A DNA stretch of 63,887 nt, filler included, from Octopus bimaculoides (GCF_001194135.2; 5 parts of 5 records of this genome joined end to end with filler, not necessarily neighbours in it), one strand, 5' to 3'; positions 36,897 to 49,113 are shown, counted from the whole stretch's first letter. Notes: generated from the sequence alone by a model not told the origin. Translations and numbers: made by a program.

Positions 36897-37371
36897 AATA
36901 CACACATACATACATATACACATACACACACACACACATATATATGTATATACATGTGTGTGTGTGTGTGTAGTTTCTATCATTATCCTTCAAACTTAAA
37001 TTAATAATATTCTGTCTTAAATATTTTAAACATCTTCCTAACTGTTTGCGTTACAATAATCAGAACTCTCGTCTTTTCATATTCCTTAATCTGATTTGTT
37101 TTCTGTCTTTTAAATGCTAAATATTTCTAGAACGTTCTTGAAGTTGATTTGTTTCACTTTTAGACCTCACTTATTTTAATTTTTCTTTATTTTCTTGGTT
37201 TAATTAATTAAGGTAAATAATCTATTTTTGTTTTGGTGTATTCCTTAATTATTATTATTTATATATATTTGCATAACATTACCTCTTTTAAATATACACA
37301 GATATGTGTGCGCGCGCGTGTGTGTGTGTGTGTGTGTATTAGAATAAGAAATAGGAAATCTTTGGTACAGT

Positions 37372-37512
37372 ATTATATATTTGGAAAAAATAAATAGAAA
37401 TGTCTTTTTCTGATAATTTTTCCACTTTAATAATTACATGTTTATAATCTAATTATTAAAGTGGAAAAATTATCAGAAAAGCCATTTCAATTCATTTTCT
37501 GAAATATATACA
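37372..37512. repeat. Short AT-rich foldback with perfect 31-bp inner stem
   Basis: 37406-37436 is the exact reverse complement of 37450-37480 (13-nt loop); imperfect pairing extends about 30 bp further. Confidence 0.85.
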
Positions 37513-37534
37513 TGCATATATAAATATATATATG

Positions 37535-37574
<40 letters not shown>

Positions 37575-38155
37575 NNNNNNNNNNNNNNNNNNNNNNNNNN
37601 NNNNNNNNNNNNNNNNNNNNNNNNNNNNNNNNNNNNNNNNNNNNNNNNNNNNNNNNNNNNNNNNNNNNNNNNNNNNNNNNNNNNNNNNNNNNNNNNNNNN
37701 NNNNNNNNNNNNNNNNNNNNNNNNNNNNNNNNNNNNNNNNNNNNNNNNNNNNNNNNNNNNNNNNNNNNNNNNNNNNNNNNNNNNNNNNNNNNNNNNNNNN
37801 NNNNNNNNNNNNNNNNNNNNNNNNNNNNNNNNNNNNNNNNNNNNNNNNNNNNNNNNNNNNNNNNNNNNNNNNNNNNNNNNNNNNNNNNNNNNNNNNNNNN
37901 NNNNNNNNNNNNNNNNNNNNNNNNNNNNNNNNNNNNNNNNNNNNNNNNNNNNNNNNNNNNNNNNNNNNNNNNNNNNNNNNNNNNNNNNNNNNNNNNNNNN
38001 NNNNNNNNNNNNNNNNNNNNNNNNNNNNNNNNNNNNNNNNNNNNNNNNNNNNNNNNNNNNNNNNNNNNNNNNNNNNNNNNNNNNNNNNNNNNNNNNNNNN
38101 NNNNNNNNNNNNNNNNNNNNNNNNNNNNNNNNNNNNNNNNNNNNNNNNNNNNNNN

Positions 38156-38238
<83 letters not shown>

Positions 38239-38893
38239 CACATACATATATATATATATAGTCACACATACATATTACTAGATGCTTTATTGATAGGGAT
38301 TAATTGATGAGTTTTAGGTTTAAGCGTTGCTAAATGCAAACTATTTTGCACAATATGTTGTAGGTCCCTTTTGATAAATTGAAACGGACAAGTTGGTAGC
38401 TTTTAATATTGAAAATGGACATGACCCTTGCAACTTGGAAGAGAAGAGAGAGAGAGAGAGACCCAGAAATTAATGTAATTAGTTTCAAAAATGTGCGTTA
38501 TTGTGCAGAAGATAATGACATTTTAGTCAGCAAATACAGCCTCGAGGTTAATTTGAGTTGAATATTGATGAGGGATGGAAAGAGAGAGAGAAGAAGGCAG
38601 GGAGGAAGAGAGAGAGGGAGAGAGACAGACAGATAGATAGACTGAGAGGCAAACAGATAGATAGAGAGAGAGAGAGAGCTCTATGAAGACAATTTGTGAT
38701 GGAGCAAAGAAGTGGTCATTCTAGGTAATTAGGTCAGTGTTATAAAGTCCTTTGGCAACAACATTCATCACACTTTTAATATTATGAAAATTGACATTTG
38801 CGCTGATGCCTATGGCTAGGAAAAATTAGTCAAGTCTATTTCCCAAAATACACAATGATGTCTTAGTCAGGAAAAGGCTGGATTAGATAATGT

Positions 38894-39274
38894 GTTGGCA
38901 CTCCGTCGCTTACGACGTCGAGGGTTCCAGTTGATCCGATCAACGGAACAGCCTGCTCGTGAAATTAACGTGCAAGTGGCTGAGCACTCCACAGACACGT
39001 GTACCCTTAACGGAGTTCTCGGGGATATTCAGCGTGACACAGTGTGACAAGGCTGACCCTTTGAATTACAGGTACAACAGAAACAGGAAGAAAGAGTGAG
39101 AGAAAGTTGTGGTGGAAGAGTACAGCAGGGTTCGCCACCATCCCCTGCCGGAGCCTTGCGGAGCTTTAGGTATTTTCGCTCAATAAACACTCACAACGCC
39201 CGGTCTGGGAAGCGAAACCGCGATCCTATGACCGTGAGTCCACTGCCCTAACCACTGGGCCATTGCGCCTCCAC
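38894..39274 (-). mobile_element. SINE-B, full length, inserted into a family E repeat
   Basis: 12-bp TSD attagataatgt at 38882-38893 and 39275-39286. Confidence 0.93.
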
Positions 39275-39665
39275 ATTAGATAATGTAGTCCTGAATAATA
39301 GATGGGATAGCCATGGATGGAGCAGCATTGATTAGGGTTGATTTTAGGGTTAAACAACGACAACCTAGAGGTGCCAAAAATAGGATTTCGGTAAATGTAG
39401 TAACAGGCGGAGACCTGAGGCTATTACACATCTGCAAGAACTCCCTGCAGTTTTTAAAATGAGAACTGCATGTTTTTTTCAAGTACTAAATTATAGGGCA
39501 ACATGTTGTATAATGAAAATAAAATGGTCACATCTAAAACAAGGCTGCATCCTAAAATCTGGATGAACCAATCCTCTGCATATTGAATACATTGAGTTTA
39601 TAGGTGGACCCTAAGTGCTAGATTTGCTCAGCCTCCAGGAACTTAGTCCATAGGAACCATATGCC

Positions 39666-40660
39666 TTAACCATTTAGTATACAGATTACTCTGTCAAATG
39701 TAATTCTTATTCATTCACATTGTTTTGAATTAATTCTGTATAATGTCAAAGCTTCAAAATTTCAATCATATGATTCTTTTATTTTTAGAATGACATTTTA
39801 GGGTAGGTGTGAAAGACCAGATCTGACCTGTTTGAACATAGAAAGGTAGAGGATCTATTTTAAAACGGGGTCCACAGTATTTTCTTAACGAAACACTTTG
39901 AAACTTGGAACACTGGTAGAATGTGTCATATAAAACATCTTTTTCTCTTAGTCTTCTTAAAAAAAAAAGAAATCCCTAAGTTATTCCATGTTAAAGTTGT
40001 CATATTTCTGTAATTTCAACCAATCACTGACGTCCATTCAGCCGATATACATTAAGTGCCAACTACATAAACAAACGCTTCTGAAACAATTCTATCGGTG
40101 ATAAAATTATTATTTCCTTGTCAAAAAATGGCTGAAGCATTTNNNNNNNNNNNNNNNNNNNNNNNNNNNNNNNNNNNNNNNNNNNNNNNNNNNNNNNNNN
40201 NNNNNNNNNNNNNNNNNNNNNNNNNNNNNNNNNNNNNNNNNNNNNNNNNNNNNNNNNNNNNNNNNNNNNNNNNNNNNNNNNNNNNNNNNNNNNNNNNNNN
40301 NNNNNNNNNNNNNNNNNNNNNNNNNNNNNNNNNNNGAAAAAAGCAAATAAAACGAAGCTATGGAGATTAAATATGCTTTACACCGCTTAATCAGCCAAAG
40401 GAGTAAATGTAAACAACTGAATACTTGTCAGTGATTGGTTGAAATTATCGAAATAAGACAATTTTTTACATGAAATAAATTCGAATACAAAAATATTTTT
40501 CTGTTCTATAACACAAAATAGATAAGTATACGAAGTTTGAAAGTCTTTCGGTACCAAAAACACTACGTAAAACATTAATGAAAACTGTGGCCCCCGTTTT
40601 AAAATAGATCCCAGGTAGAATATTCTGGCCAGATATGACCAGCTTAAAAACTCAAACCTA
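39666..40660 (+). mobile_element. piggyBac-like MITE split by a nested DNA transposon
   Basis: Host sequence stops at 39850 (...aacatagaaaggtaga) and resumes at 40612 (caggtagaatattctggccagatatg). Confidence 0.65.
39851..40611. mobile_element. Non-autonomous DNA transposon, ~37-bp TIRs starting GGATC, 8-bp TSD
   Basis: Left ggatctattttaaaacggggtccacag; right ctgtggcccccgttttaaaatagatcc; flanks aaggtaga/caggtaga (7/8); sub-terminal inverted pair tttcaaccaatcactgac / gtcagtgattggttgaaa. Confidence 0.85.
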
Positions 40661-41244
40661 GGTCCTAAATCTAAGAACAGCATGTTTCCAAATAGTGATA
40701 ATGCGGTTACAACTAAAGACGAAGGTTGCATTGCCAAGGTTTGGCCCAAACCAATCCAGAGGATATGAAATATGTTTGGGTTTATTGCTCGGCTCCTAAG
40801 CATTGAATTAACTGGTTCCTTGTTATTAGTCTGCCCGAGGAGAGATGAGGTATGCCAGAGTAGGTGGGAGGGTTTCTCAACAACATCAGCACCATGAACA
40901 ATTATAGAGTGAGGGAGAAATAGATCATTAATGTTGTTTTAAGCTTTGCTCTTCGAGGAACATTCATTATTGCATTTATTCAGTGAAATGGAATTCTTTG
41001 AATGAGGCACTTACAGAAGTGATTAGTTATATGTATGCATATATATGTATGTATATAATAGAACAAAACAGGAATTTGGTAAGTCTTTGTAGCTTAATTA
41101 GTAAAGCATTTGGAGGATGTAGATCCCGTAATAACCAATTTTCTTCTTCAATGGAAAAGCATCCCGTTGGAATTCAATACCCTGTTTTACTTGGCTTCCA
41201 CACCCTTTGTTTGTTATTAACCTGCACATCTTTAAAATTCTATC

Positions 41245-41289
<45 letters not shown>

Positions 41290-42658
41290 TATGTATGCAT
41301 GGTATAAAGTATAGGCACACATGCACATACACATGCACACATACATACATACATATACATACATTCATATATGCTCATACATACATATATGAATGTATCT
41401 ATCTTTTCATGTGTATGTGCATGTTCATGTGAGTATGTGTGCGTGTTTGTGTGTGTGTGTGTGTGTGTGTGTGCATACATGTGCATATGTATGTGTGAGC
41501 GTCTTATTGTGTACTGTTCTATGTCAACGGAGAGAAAGACTAAAGAAATATTTCAGTCGAAAAGAGAGCGATGCTTCACACAATCTCAGAAGGAACGGAC
41601 AAGAAGAGGCAGAGGAACTGCAGGATAAAAGAGCAGCCATTTGGAACAAATTGAGGACAAATGAAAGCAACTGCAACAAAGACAACTGATTCATGCAATT
41701 CTGTCATCTGAAATTTCTTTCAACTGGACAAGATCATTGATGTGGACATTTCCAAATTTATGGACACTTAAAGAATTACAAATGGAAGGGTAAATCAAAG
41801 ATTCTTTGTTGCTGCAAAGGAAAGGTCAGTGTTGATCCATTGGCACACACTACACCCAAACTCAGGAAGTACTTAAACAGCGCTGATCCCTGGCCATTGT
41901 TTAAAGGAAAAAAAGTTTAGGAAGTATAAAATTCGTTGGCTTTTAGAACATTCTTGATTTTGCATGTGTTGTTTATGTTTATTTCTCGACTCAATCTGTG
42001 TTGAAAGTTCAAGGAAAGACTAACACAAACTTCAGTTTCTGTTACTATAAGGCAAGATCAAGAGGATAAAGTTTGCTCAGTTTTACTTTTAAGAATCTGA
42101 TGATAAACTTCAAACTAAACTGAGACTGAAACCTAATCATTACGTTTTGAGAGATCTACAAATTCAACAGTTAAATTGCCAGCTTCAAAGTAGCCATTGA
42201 GCTTCCTGATGCACACAATTTTCAGATTGTCCTTCATATTCTGACAAAGCCTTGAAGGCTGCTGTTGCACATTTCAAATCTTGAATCAAAGACGATTGCA
42301 ATAATTCTAAGAATAATTGTGGGAAATATCATAGCAGAGATTGAAAGAACCAGTGTTTGCTATGAATTCAATGCTTCTTTTCCCTATATGCCGCTCTGAA
42401 GATACAGATGGGTAACAAAATGGTCTTCACAGAACTAATACAAGCGATACAAACACATGTGGATTATTTATACAGTTTCCAGGTATGAGGGGACGGTACC
42501 ATGAAACGCACAAGACCAAAGCTCCAGCTTTGCATTGGCTGTATCAGCCATTGTTGAACATGAAGGGTTGAATATTTTTAGAGCCACTTGAAGATAATTA
42601 AATCCAATATAAAAATTTTTACTTCACAATAAGAATAGAATCACTATAAAGAAAATTT

Positions 42659-43156
42659 GTGGAGGTTGTCGTTGTTTAACCCTAAAATCAACCTTAATCA
42701 ATGCTGCTCCATCCATGGCTATCCCATCTATTATTCAGGACTACATTATCTAATGTGGAGGCGCAATGGCCCAGTGGTTAGAGCAGTGGACTCGTGGTCA
42801 TAGGATTGCGGTTTCGATTCCCAGACCGGGCGTTGTGAGTGTTTATTGAGCGAAAACACCTAAAAGCTCCACGAGACTCCGGCAGGGGATGGTGGCGAAC
42901 CCTGCTGTACTCTTTCACCACAACTTTCTCTCCCTTTTACTTCCTGTTTCTGTTTTGCCTGTAATTCAAAGGGGTCAGCCTTGTCACACTGTGTCATGCT
43001 GAATATCCCCGAGAACTACGTTAAGGGTACACGTGTCTGTGGAGTGCTCAGCCACTTGCACGTTAATTTCACGGGCAGGCTGTTCCGTTGATCAGATCAA
43101 CTGGAACCCTTGACATCGTGAGCGACGGAGTGCCAACAACAACAACAACAGCAACA
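42659..43156 (+). mobile_element. SINE-B insertion carrying 92 bp of captured flank at its 5' end
   Basis: TSD aaagaaaattt at 42648-42658 and 43157-43167; SINE body 42755-43137, (CAA)n tail; 42663-42754 is the reverse complement of 39275-39366 (91/92). Confidence 0.9.
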
Positions 43157-43799
43157 AAAGAAAATTTACCATATTTGGTGAGCGAGCAGCAATCACTTAG
43201 CACACCTGGAATAAACATCCTTGCTTAGCTTATAGCCTTAACCGTACGATACTAAATCAACCTAAACATTTATGGATGCCAGCATAATGGAACTGAGGTA
43301 ATTCTTACTAATAACTTTAGCAAGTCAACCATTTCCACTGCAAAGAGATGCATGGAGGTGAACAAAAATGCTGTGTGTTATCCCATTATCTATTGTTAGG
43401 CCATAAATAATGGGATAAATGGGATAATGAATCCGGTGAAACATTTGAGGAAAGCCATCTACTATATCGTATTTACAAGTTCAAGAGGAAGAACATACAA
43501 GAAAGAATATATCTTATTTAACAGGCTCCGTTTTTTTTTTTATGTTGGAATCTTCAGGACCACAAGAATGTAGTCTCATGAAATGACTTGATGAAACATC
43601 ACATTTTAGCCAAGTTTAAAGACATACATAGCCACAGATGAATGGGACTCCCGTGAAATGATGGCAGGAAGCTAACAAAACCAGAAAATATTGATACGGT
43701 TGCCTGTTTAATATTTCTGCCCTCATAACTAATCAAACAATTATTTCTATCCATTAAATCCATGATTGATTTTGGAGAAAAATGGCCATCAAAGTCCTC

Positions 43800-44045
43800 T
43801 GCCTTGTTGCTGTTTAGTCCCAGGTCATCCTTGACCGAACAAACATATAATCAAAAGAATTCCAACCATAACCAAGATCAAAAGCATTCCAACCATGACC
43901 ATCCTGTCTTTTTAGGGTTGTCAAAGACTACTTTATTCAATATGCACTTTTCTATTGTTTTCTCATTTTTTTTTTCTCAATATGGTAGGGTCTGATGTGA
44001 GGGAGATTTGGCTGCTACTTCTAGAGTGTTGTCTGACCACATAGT
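43800..44045 (+). mobile_element. Repeat family E, diverged
   Basis: gttgctgtttagtcccaggtca...cattccaaccatgaccatcctgtcttt...gatgtgagggagatttggctgctacttctag; related pieces near 27362, 29010, 45880 and 52330. Confidence 0.6.
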
Positions 44046-44859
44046 GGTTCTATCACTGGTTTGTGAGTTCTGGCATTACTCCAGTAATTATTCTACTTAC
44101 GGAAGGCATATGTCATATGCTGTAAATGGAAACTCATGAACTAAGATTTAGAAACCCAAACACTAGTGTTGACGAACCAATAAATATCCTACGTAGACTC
44201 AAGTATTGGATTCATACAGAGTTGTCTACAGTGTAGGAATCCATCAATTCCATTGGCAAATGTATTATAAACAGGTCGGATCAAATGTGTATGGTTGGAG
44301 ACTGTCATTGAGAGCTTAGAGTTGTCAAAACAAAGTACTTATTATCCAATGGAACAGTCTGCCATATTGCTTCATGTGAAAGTGACAATGAAGGGGGATC
44401 TGGTTGACTTTGCTGAGACAGCATCATCACCACCACCACCACCACCACCACCACCATCATCATCACCATCAGCATCGTCAGCATCAGCATCATCATCAGT
44501 AATTTTCCATGAGTGGATGCCCTTCCTGTCACCAACCCTCACCTATTTCCAAGCAAGGTGATATTTCCCCTATGGCAGGACATCTACTCACAAGGCTTTG
44601 TCGGCCAGGGGTTGTAGTACACAACACTTGCCCAACGTGCTGTGAAGTGGGATTGAACCCAAAACCATATAGTTAGACAGCGGGCTTCTTAACCTCAAAG
44701 TTATCCCTCCACTTACCAATTAGTAAGAATTACCAAAGTTTCTTTGAGTTGGAATCAATAAATGTTTAGATTGATTTAGTATTCTAAAGCTTTAAGCAGG
44801 GATGTATATCCTGGAAGTGTCAAATGAATTCCATACCAATCCATCGAAAATCTTTTCAT

Positions 44860-45140
44860 CTTTTATTCATTTCATTCTTTGAACTGCAGCCATGTCTGTG
44901 TGTGGTGGTAGTGGGGGGGGGGCACCCCCTTGAAGGGCTTTACTCGAACAAATTGAACCCCAGTACTTATTTATTAAACCCTGGTGTACTTATTCTATCT
45001 CTCTCTTTTGCCAAACTGCTAAGTTGTGGAGACATAAACAAACCAATATCGGTTGTCAAGCGATAATGGGTGTCAAACAGAGATGAAAACACACACATAC
45101 ACACACACACACGCACATGCATACACACACACACACACAC
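44860..45140 (-). mobile_element. SINE-A, older diverged 3' half
   Basis: tacttattctatctctctcttttgccaaactgctaag...tcggttgtcaagcg. Confidence 0.7.
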
Positions 45141-45150
45141 ACATATATAT

Positions 45151-45257
45151 ATCAGATTGGAGTCTGGTGTAGCCACCTGGTCCAACTCAGTCAAATTGTC
45201 CAACCCATGCTAGCATGGAAAGCGGACGTTAAACGATGATGATGATGATGATGATGA
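45151..45257 (+). mobile_element. Family D 3' fragment with (GAT)n tail
   Basis: Matches 78-192. Confidence 0.8.
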
Positions 45258-45297
45258 TATATATATTACCAACCACATATAATTAATGTGTATGTTT

Positions 45298-45403
45298 CGT
45301 GTATTTGCTGGTAGGCTGCGATTTGGAATGGTAGAGAATATTCTCTCAAAGTGGTAGGTGTATTCTCCACCTCACCAAATCGCAGCCTACTGGCAAATAC
45401 ACG
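45298..45403 (+). other. 43-bp-stem hairpin (pre-miRNA-like or palindromic MITE remnant)
   Basis: 45298-45340 pairs with 45361-45403, including two G-U wobbles, a 3x3 internal loop and one A-C mismatch; 20-nt loop. Confidence 0.7.
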
Positions 45404-45475
45404 GGGCTTTTATACTTTACGTATAAGTGACTGATAATGTCTATTACACTAGTACTGCTTCTATTTCATATTTGA

Positions 45476-45518
<43 letters not shown>

Positions 45519-45520
45519 TA

Positions 45521-45732
45521 CAGGGTGGCCCAAAAGTAGGTTTACAGTTATTCAACTATCTCTTTCGCATTCATATATTAACACTTTAGGTCTTAATTAC
45601 AAAAAAATATGAAACTATTATTCTATGCTAATTTAGTTAATAGTAAGATAGAAATTTAAATGTAATAAAATGTTTTAAAAGTAATTTAAAGTGCCTACCT
45701 GATAACTGTAAACCTACTTTTGGGCCACCCTG
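45521..45732. mobile_element. Tc1/mariner-type MITE, 212 bp
   Basis: Perfect 31-bp TIRs cagggtggcccaaaagtaggtttacagttat (45521-45551 and 45702-45732) flanked by TA on both sides. Confidence 0.93.
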
Positions 45733-45984
45733 TATACATATATGTTACCATGCATACGAAAACCTTACTTCTTTCTAATATTGGGGCAGTGAATATTGTA
45801 TTTCCTTTCCAGTATGTTACAAAATCAAGAAAAACCAAAAACAAATTAGATATTGTGAGTCACTACTTTATATATCACACAACCTATTAAATATAGCAGC
45901 CAAAATCTCCCTCAAAACCTCTACTCTAATCACATTGGCTCTCAAACAGTACATACTGTGGTACGTTCATGCGTAAAATGTAAC

Positions 45985-46300
45985 TAAGTGGTTGGGTACT
46001 CCGTCAGATATGATGACATGTGTTCCAGTTGATTCAATCAACGGAACAGCTTGTTCATGAAATTAATGAGCAAGAGACTGGGCCCTCCGGAAAACACCTG
46101 TACCCTTAATGTAGTTCTCAAGGAGATCCAGAGTGACAAACCAAATGAGACAAGGCTGTTCTTTGAACTGCAGGTACAACTCATTTTTACCTGTTGAGTG
46201 AACAGGAGCAACAATGAAATTAGTATCTTTGTTAAAGAACACAGTACACCATTAGTAACCAAACTGCCAACCTTACAATCTAAACCATGTGCCTTCATTG
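45985..46300 (-). mobile_element. Old SINE sharing the SINE-B 3' module but with a different 5' part
   Basis: gttccagttgattcaatcaacggaacagc...gtacccttaatgtagttctca...caaggctg matches the SINE-B tail; beyond caggtacaac it diverges completely from SINE-B. Confidence 0.6.
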
Positions 46301-46386
46301 TTGCTAAGCGCACTATGAAAATAACATTATTATATTTTCTAAAAACGTGAAAACTATAAAAATGAAATTCTAAATATAAATCTTAT

Positions 46387-46776
46387 TCTTTTACTCTTTT
46401 ACTTGTTTCAGTCACTTGACTGTGGCCATGCTGGAGCACCACTTTTAGTCGAGCAAATCGACCCCAGGACTTATTCTTTGTAAGCCTAGTACTTATTCTA
46501 TCGGTCTCTTTTGCCGAACCGCTAAGTTACAGGGACGTAAACACACCAGCATCGGTTGTCAAGCGATGTGGGGGGGGGGACAAACACAGTCACAAACACA
46601 CATATATATATACATATATACAACTGGCTTCTTTCAGTTTCCATCTGCCAATTCCACTCACAAGGCTTTGTTCGGCCTGAGGCTATAGTAGAAGACACTT
46701 GTCCAAAGTGCCACGCAGTGGGACTGAACCCAGACCCATGTGGTTGGTAAGCAAGCTACTTACCACACAGCCACTC
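46387..46776 (-). mobile_element. SINE-A, full length
   Basis: tRNA-like head (gtggctgtgtggtaag; gggttcagtccc), CORE-like ...gacaagtgtctt segment, internal (TA/TG)n, (GTAAAAGA)n tail. Confidence 0.93.
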
Positions 46777-46779
46777 ATT

Positions 46780-46928
46780 CTATAGCTTTGAGATTTTGAT
46801 AATGTGATTGTTAATTTTTAGAATGACATAGTAGAGTAGGTGTGAAAGGCCAGATCTGACCAGTTCAAGCATAGAACATATAGAATATTTTGGGCCAGAT
46901 ATGACTGTTTTAAATGTTAGAGGGTTAA
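46780..46928 (+). mobile_element. piggyBac-like MITE, 3' half
   Basis: Ends taaatgttagagggttaa. Confidence 0.65.
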
Positions 46929-47330
46929 ATCAGTGATGTGTAGCTGAAGTCCCGAAGGTGATCTGCAAAAGACATCTAGAGGGATCATCACATTTGTTGT
47001 TTGAATGTATGCCTTTACAATACATGTGTGGGTTAGATGGAATTTGTTGAGGCAGGTTTTCTGTAGGTGGATTCCCTTCGTGTCATCATCCTCACTTGTT
47101 TACCAAGCAAGATAATATTTCTCCATGACTGGACACATTTTCAAGGAAAATTGGAATCAAATAACAGGGCTTCTATGATATCAACACTGATTTACGACTA
47201 TCACAAGATATCAAGGAGCGCAAACAGAAACACACACACGCACACACACACATACACACACATATGCACACTCACACATACACATGCATACACACACACA
47301 CACATATATATATACATATATACTGTGTTA

Positions 47331-47556
47331 CTCTTTTATTTGTTTCAGTGATTTGACTGTGGCCATGCTGGAACACCGCCTTAAAAGGTCTTAGTTGAAC
47401 AAATCAACCCCAGGCCTTTTTTTTAAAGCCTAGTACTAGTACTTATTCTATTGGTTTCTTTTGCTGAACTGCTAAGTTACGAGGTCGTAAACACACCAAC
47501 ACTGGTTGTCAAATGGTGATGAGGAGACAACACACAAACACACAAGTACAAACAAA

Positions 47557-47604
<48 letters not shown>

Positions 47605-47738
47605 TATGACAAGCTTCTTTCAGTTTCTGTTTGCCAGATCCACTGAGGCTGTAGCAGAAGACACTTGCCCAAGGTACCATGCAGTGGGACTGAAACTTGA
47701 ACCATGTGGTTGGGAAGTAAGCTTCTTACCATACACAG
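47331..47738 (-). mobile_element. SINE-A, older full-length copy
   Basis: Same modules as 46387-46776 with more substitutions. Confidence 0.85.
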
Positions 47739-48223
47739 ATTCTATCACAAAGATTTGGCTGGCTCCAGGCTATGGTAGAATCACTTGCTGAAGGATTGGA
47801 ACCCTCTGCCATTCTGTTTTTTTTTTTTTTGTTTTTTTTGAATAGGTAGAAGTAGTAGTGATGGCTGAAGAAGTAGTAGAAGAAACAGTATATCTGTGGG
47901 CTAAGGATGCTGATGTGTCTTAGCCAATCAGCATTCTTCTGAAGACAGTCCAAGATGTTTGAACGCTTTTTTTGTTTTAACATCCACTTTTGCATACTGG
48001 CATGGGTTAGATGAATCTTACTGAGGTGTATTATTATTTTCTATAGTCAGATGCTCTTTCTGTCTGCAAGCCATACTATTTTTATACAAACCAGGGTATT
48101 TTCATTCCACACCTTACACACAAACACACGTGCGCACATGTGGGGTTCAAAAGGTGAAACCATGGGACTTTTGTTGACTGAAAAATGTAGACAAAATAGT
48201 ATTAATGAGGACCTTGACACAAA

Positions 48224-48417
48224 GGCACTGGTGCTGGTGTCACGTAAAAAAGCACCCAGTCCACTCTGTAAAGTGGTTGGTGTTCGGAAGAGCATTCAGC
48301 TGTAAAAACCATATCAAAACAGACAGTGGAGCTTGCTATGGTCCCCAGGCTTTCCAGGTCCTGTCAAACCATCCAACCCATGCCAGTATGGAAGATGGGC
48401 GTTAAATGATGATGATT
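48224..48417 (+). mobile_element. Family D retroposon 3' part
   Basis: cacgtaaaaaagcaccc...gtggttggtgttcggaagagcattcagctgtaaaa...ccaacccatgccagtatggaagatgggcgttaaatgatgatgat. Confidence 0.75.
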
Positions 48418-48835
48418 ATATATGTATATGTCTGTTATGTGCTTCAAAAGCAGTATTAGATTAAAATGGTCATTTGTGTATCATACTTAAAACAAATACA
48501 TAGCAGAAAGGAAAACTGGAGATAATATTTCTACAAGCATGGTACTGTGTGCATTTGTGATGTACATTGGAAACAAACATGATGGTATTATTTAGCAAGA
48601 AAGCCACTTAATAAACCACCTTCATAAAGAAGTGATGGATAAGAGAATTCTGTACAGTTAAACCCTGACCCTAACCCTCTTGGTAAAGGGAACAGAAGAC
48701 CCTGCTGAAATTTGGAAGACAAGATACCTTGCATGCTATATAATGGTATAAAGCATCTACTGCTTTAGTAATGATTATCCTGAAGGTGTTTTGAATAATG
48801 GGTGATTTCCTTCAGGTGTTATAGACAAGCTGTTT

Positions 48836-48895
<60 letters not shown>

Positions 48896-48897
<2 letters not shown>

Positions 48898-49113
48898 CCT
48901 TTCTACTAGAGGCACAAGGCCTGAAATTTTGGGGGAGGGGGACTAGTTAAATACCTCAACTCCAGTGATTCGCTGGTACTTAATTTATTGACCTTGAAAG
49001 GATGAAAGGCAACGTCGACCCCGGCTGAATTTGAACTCAGAATGCAAAGACAGACAAAATGTTGCTAAGCATTTCACCCAGCGTGCTTACGATTCTGCCA
49101 GCTCACCACCATT
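48896..49113 (-). mobile_element. SINE-C, full length, embedded in (AAT)n
   Basis: (AAT)n at 48838-48895 and 49116-49146 on either side. Confidence 0.88.

Noticed and set aside
40387-40803. 138-aa hydrophobic ORF
   Set aside because: Crosses the TIR boundary of a non-autonomous transposon and its host MITE; chance AT-rich ORF.
41520-42600. Complex non-microsatellite sequence suggestive of a transposase or LINE relic
   Set aside because: Stops in all frames and no motif I can name; left unannotated.
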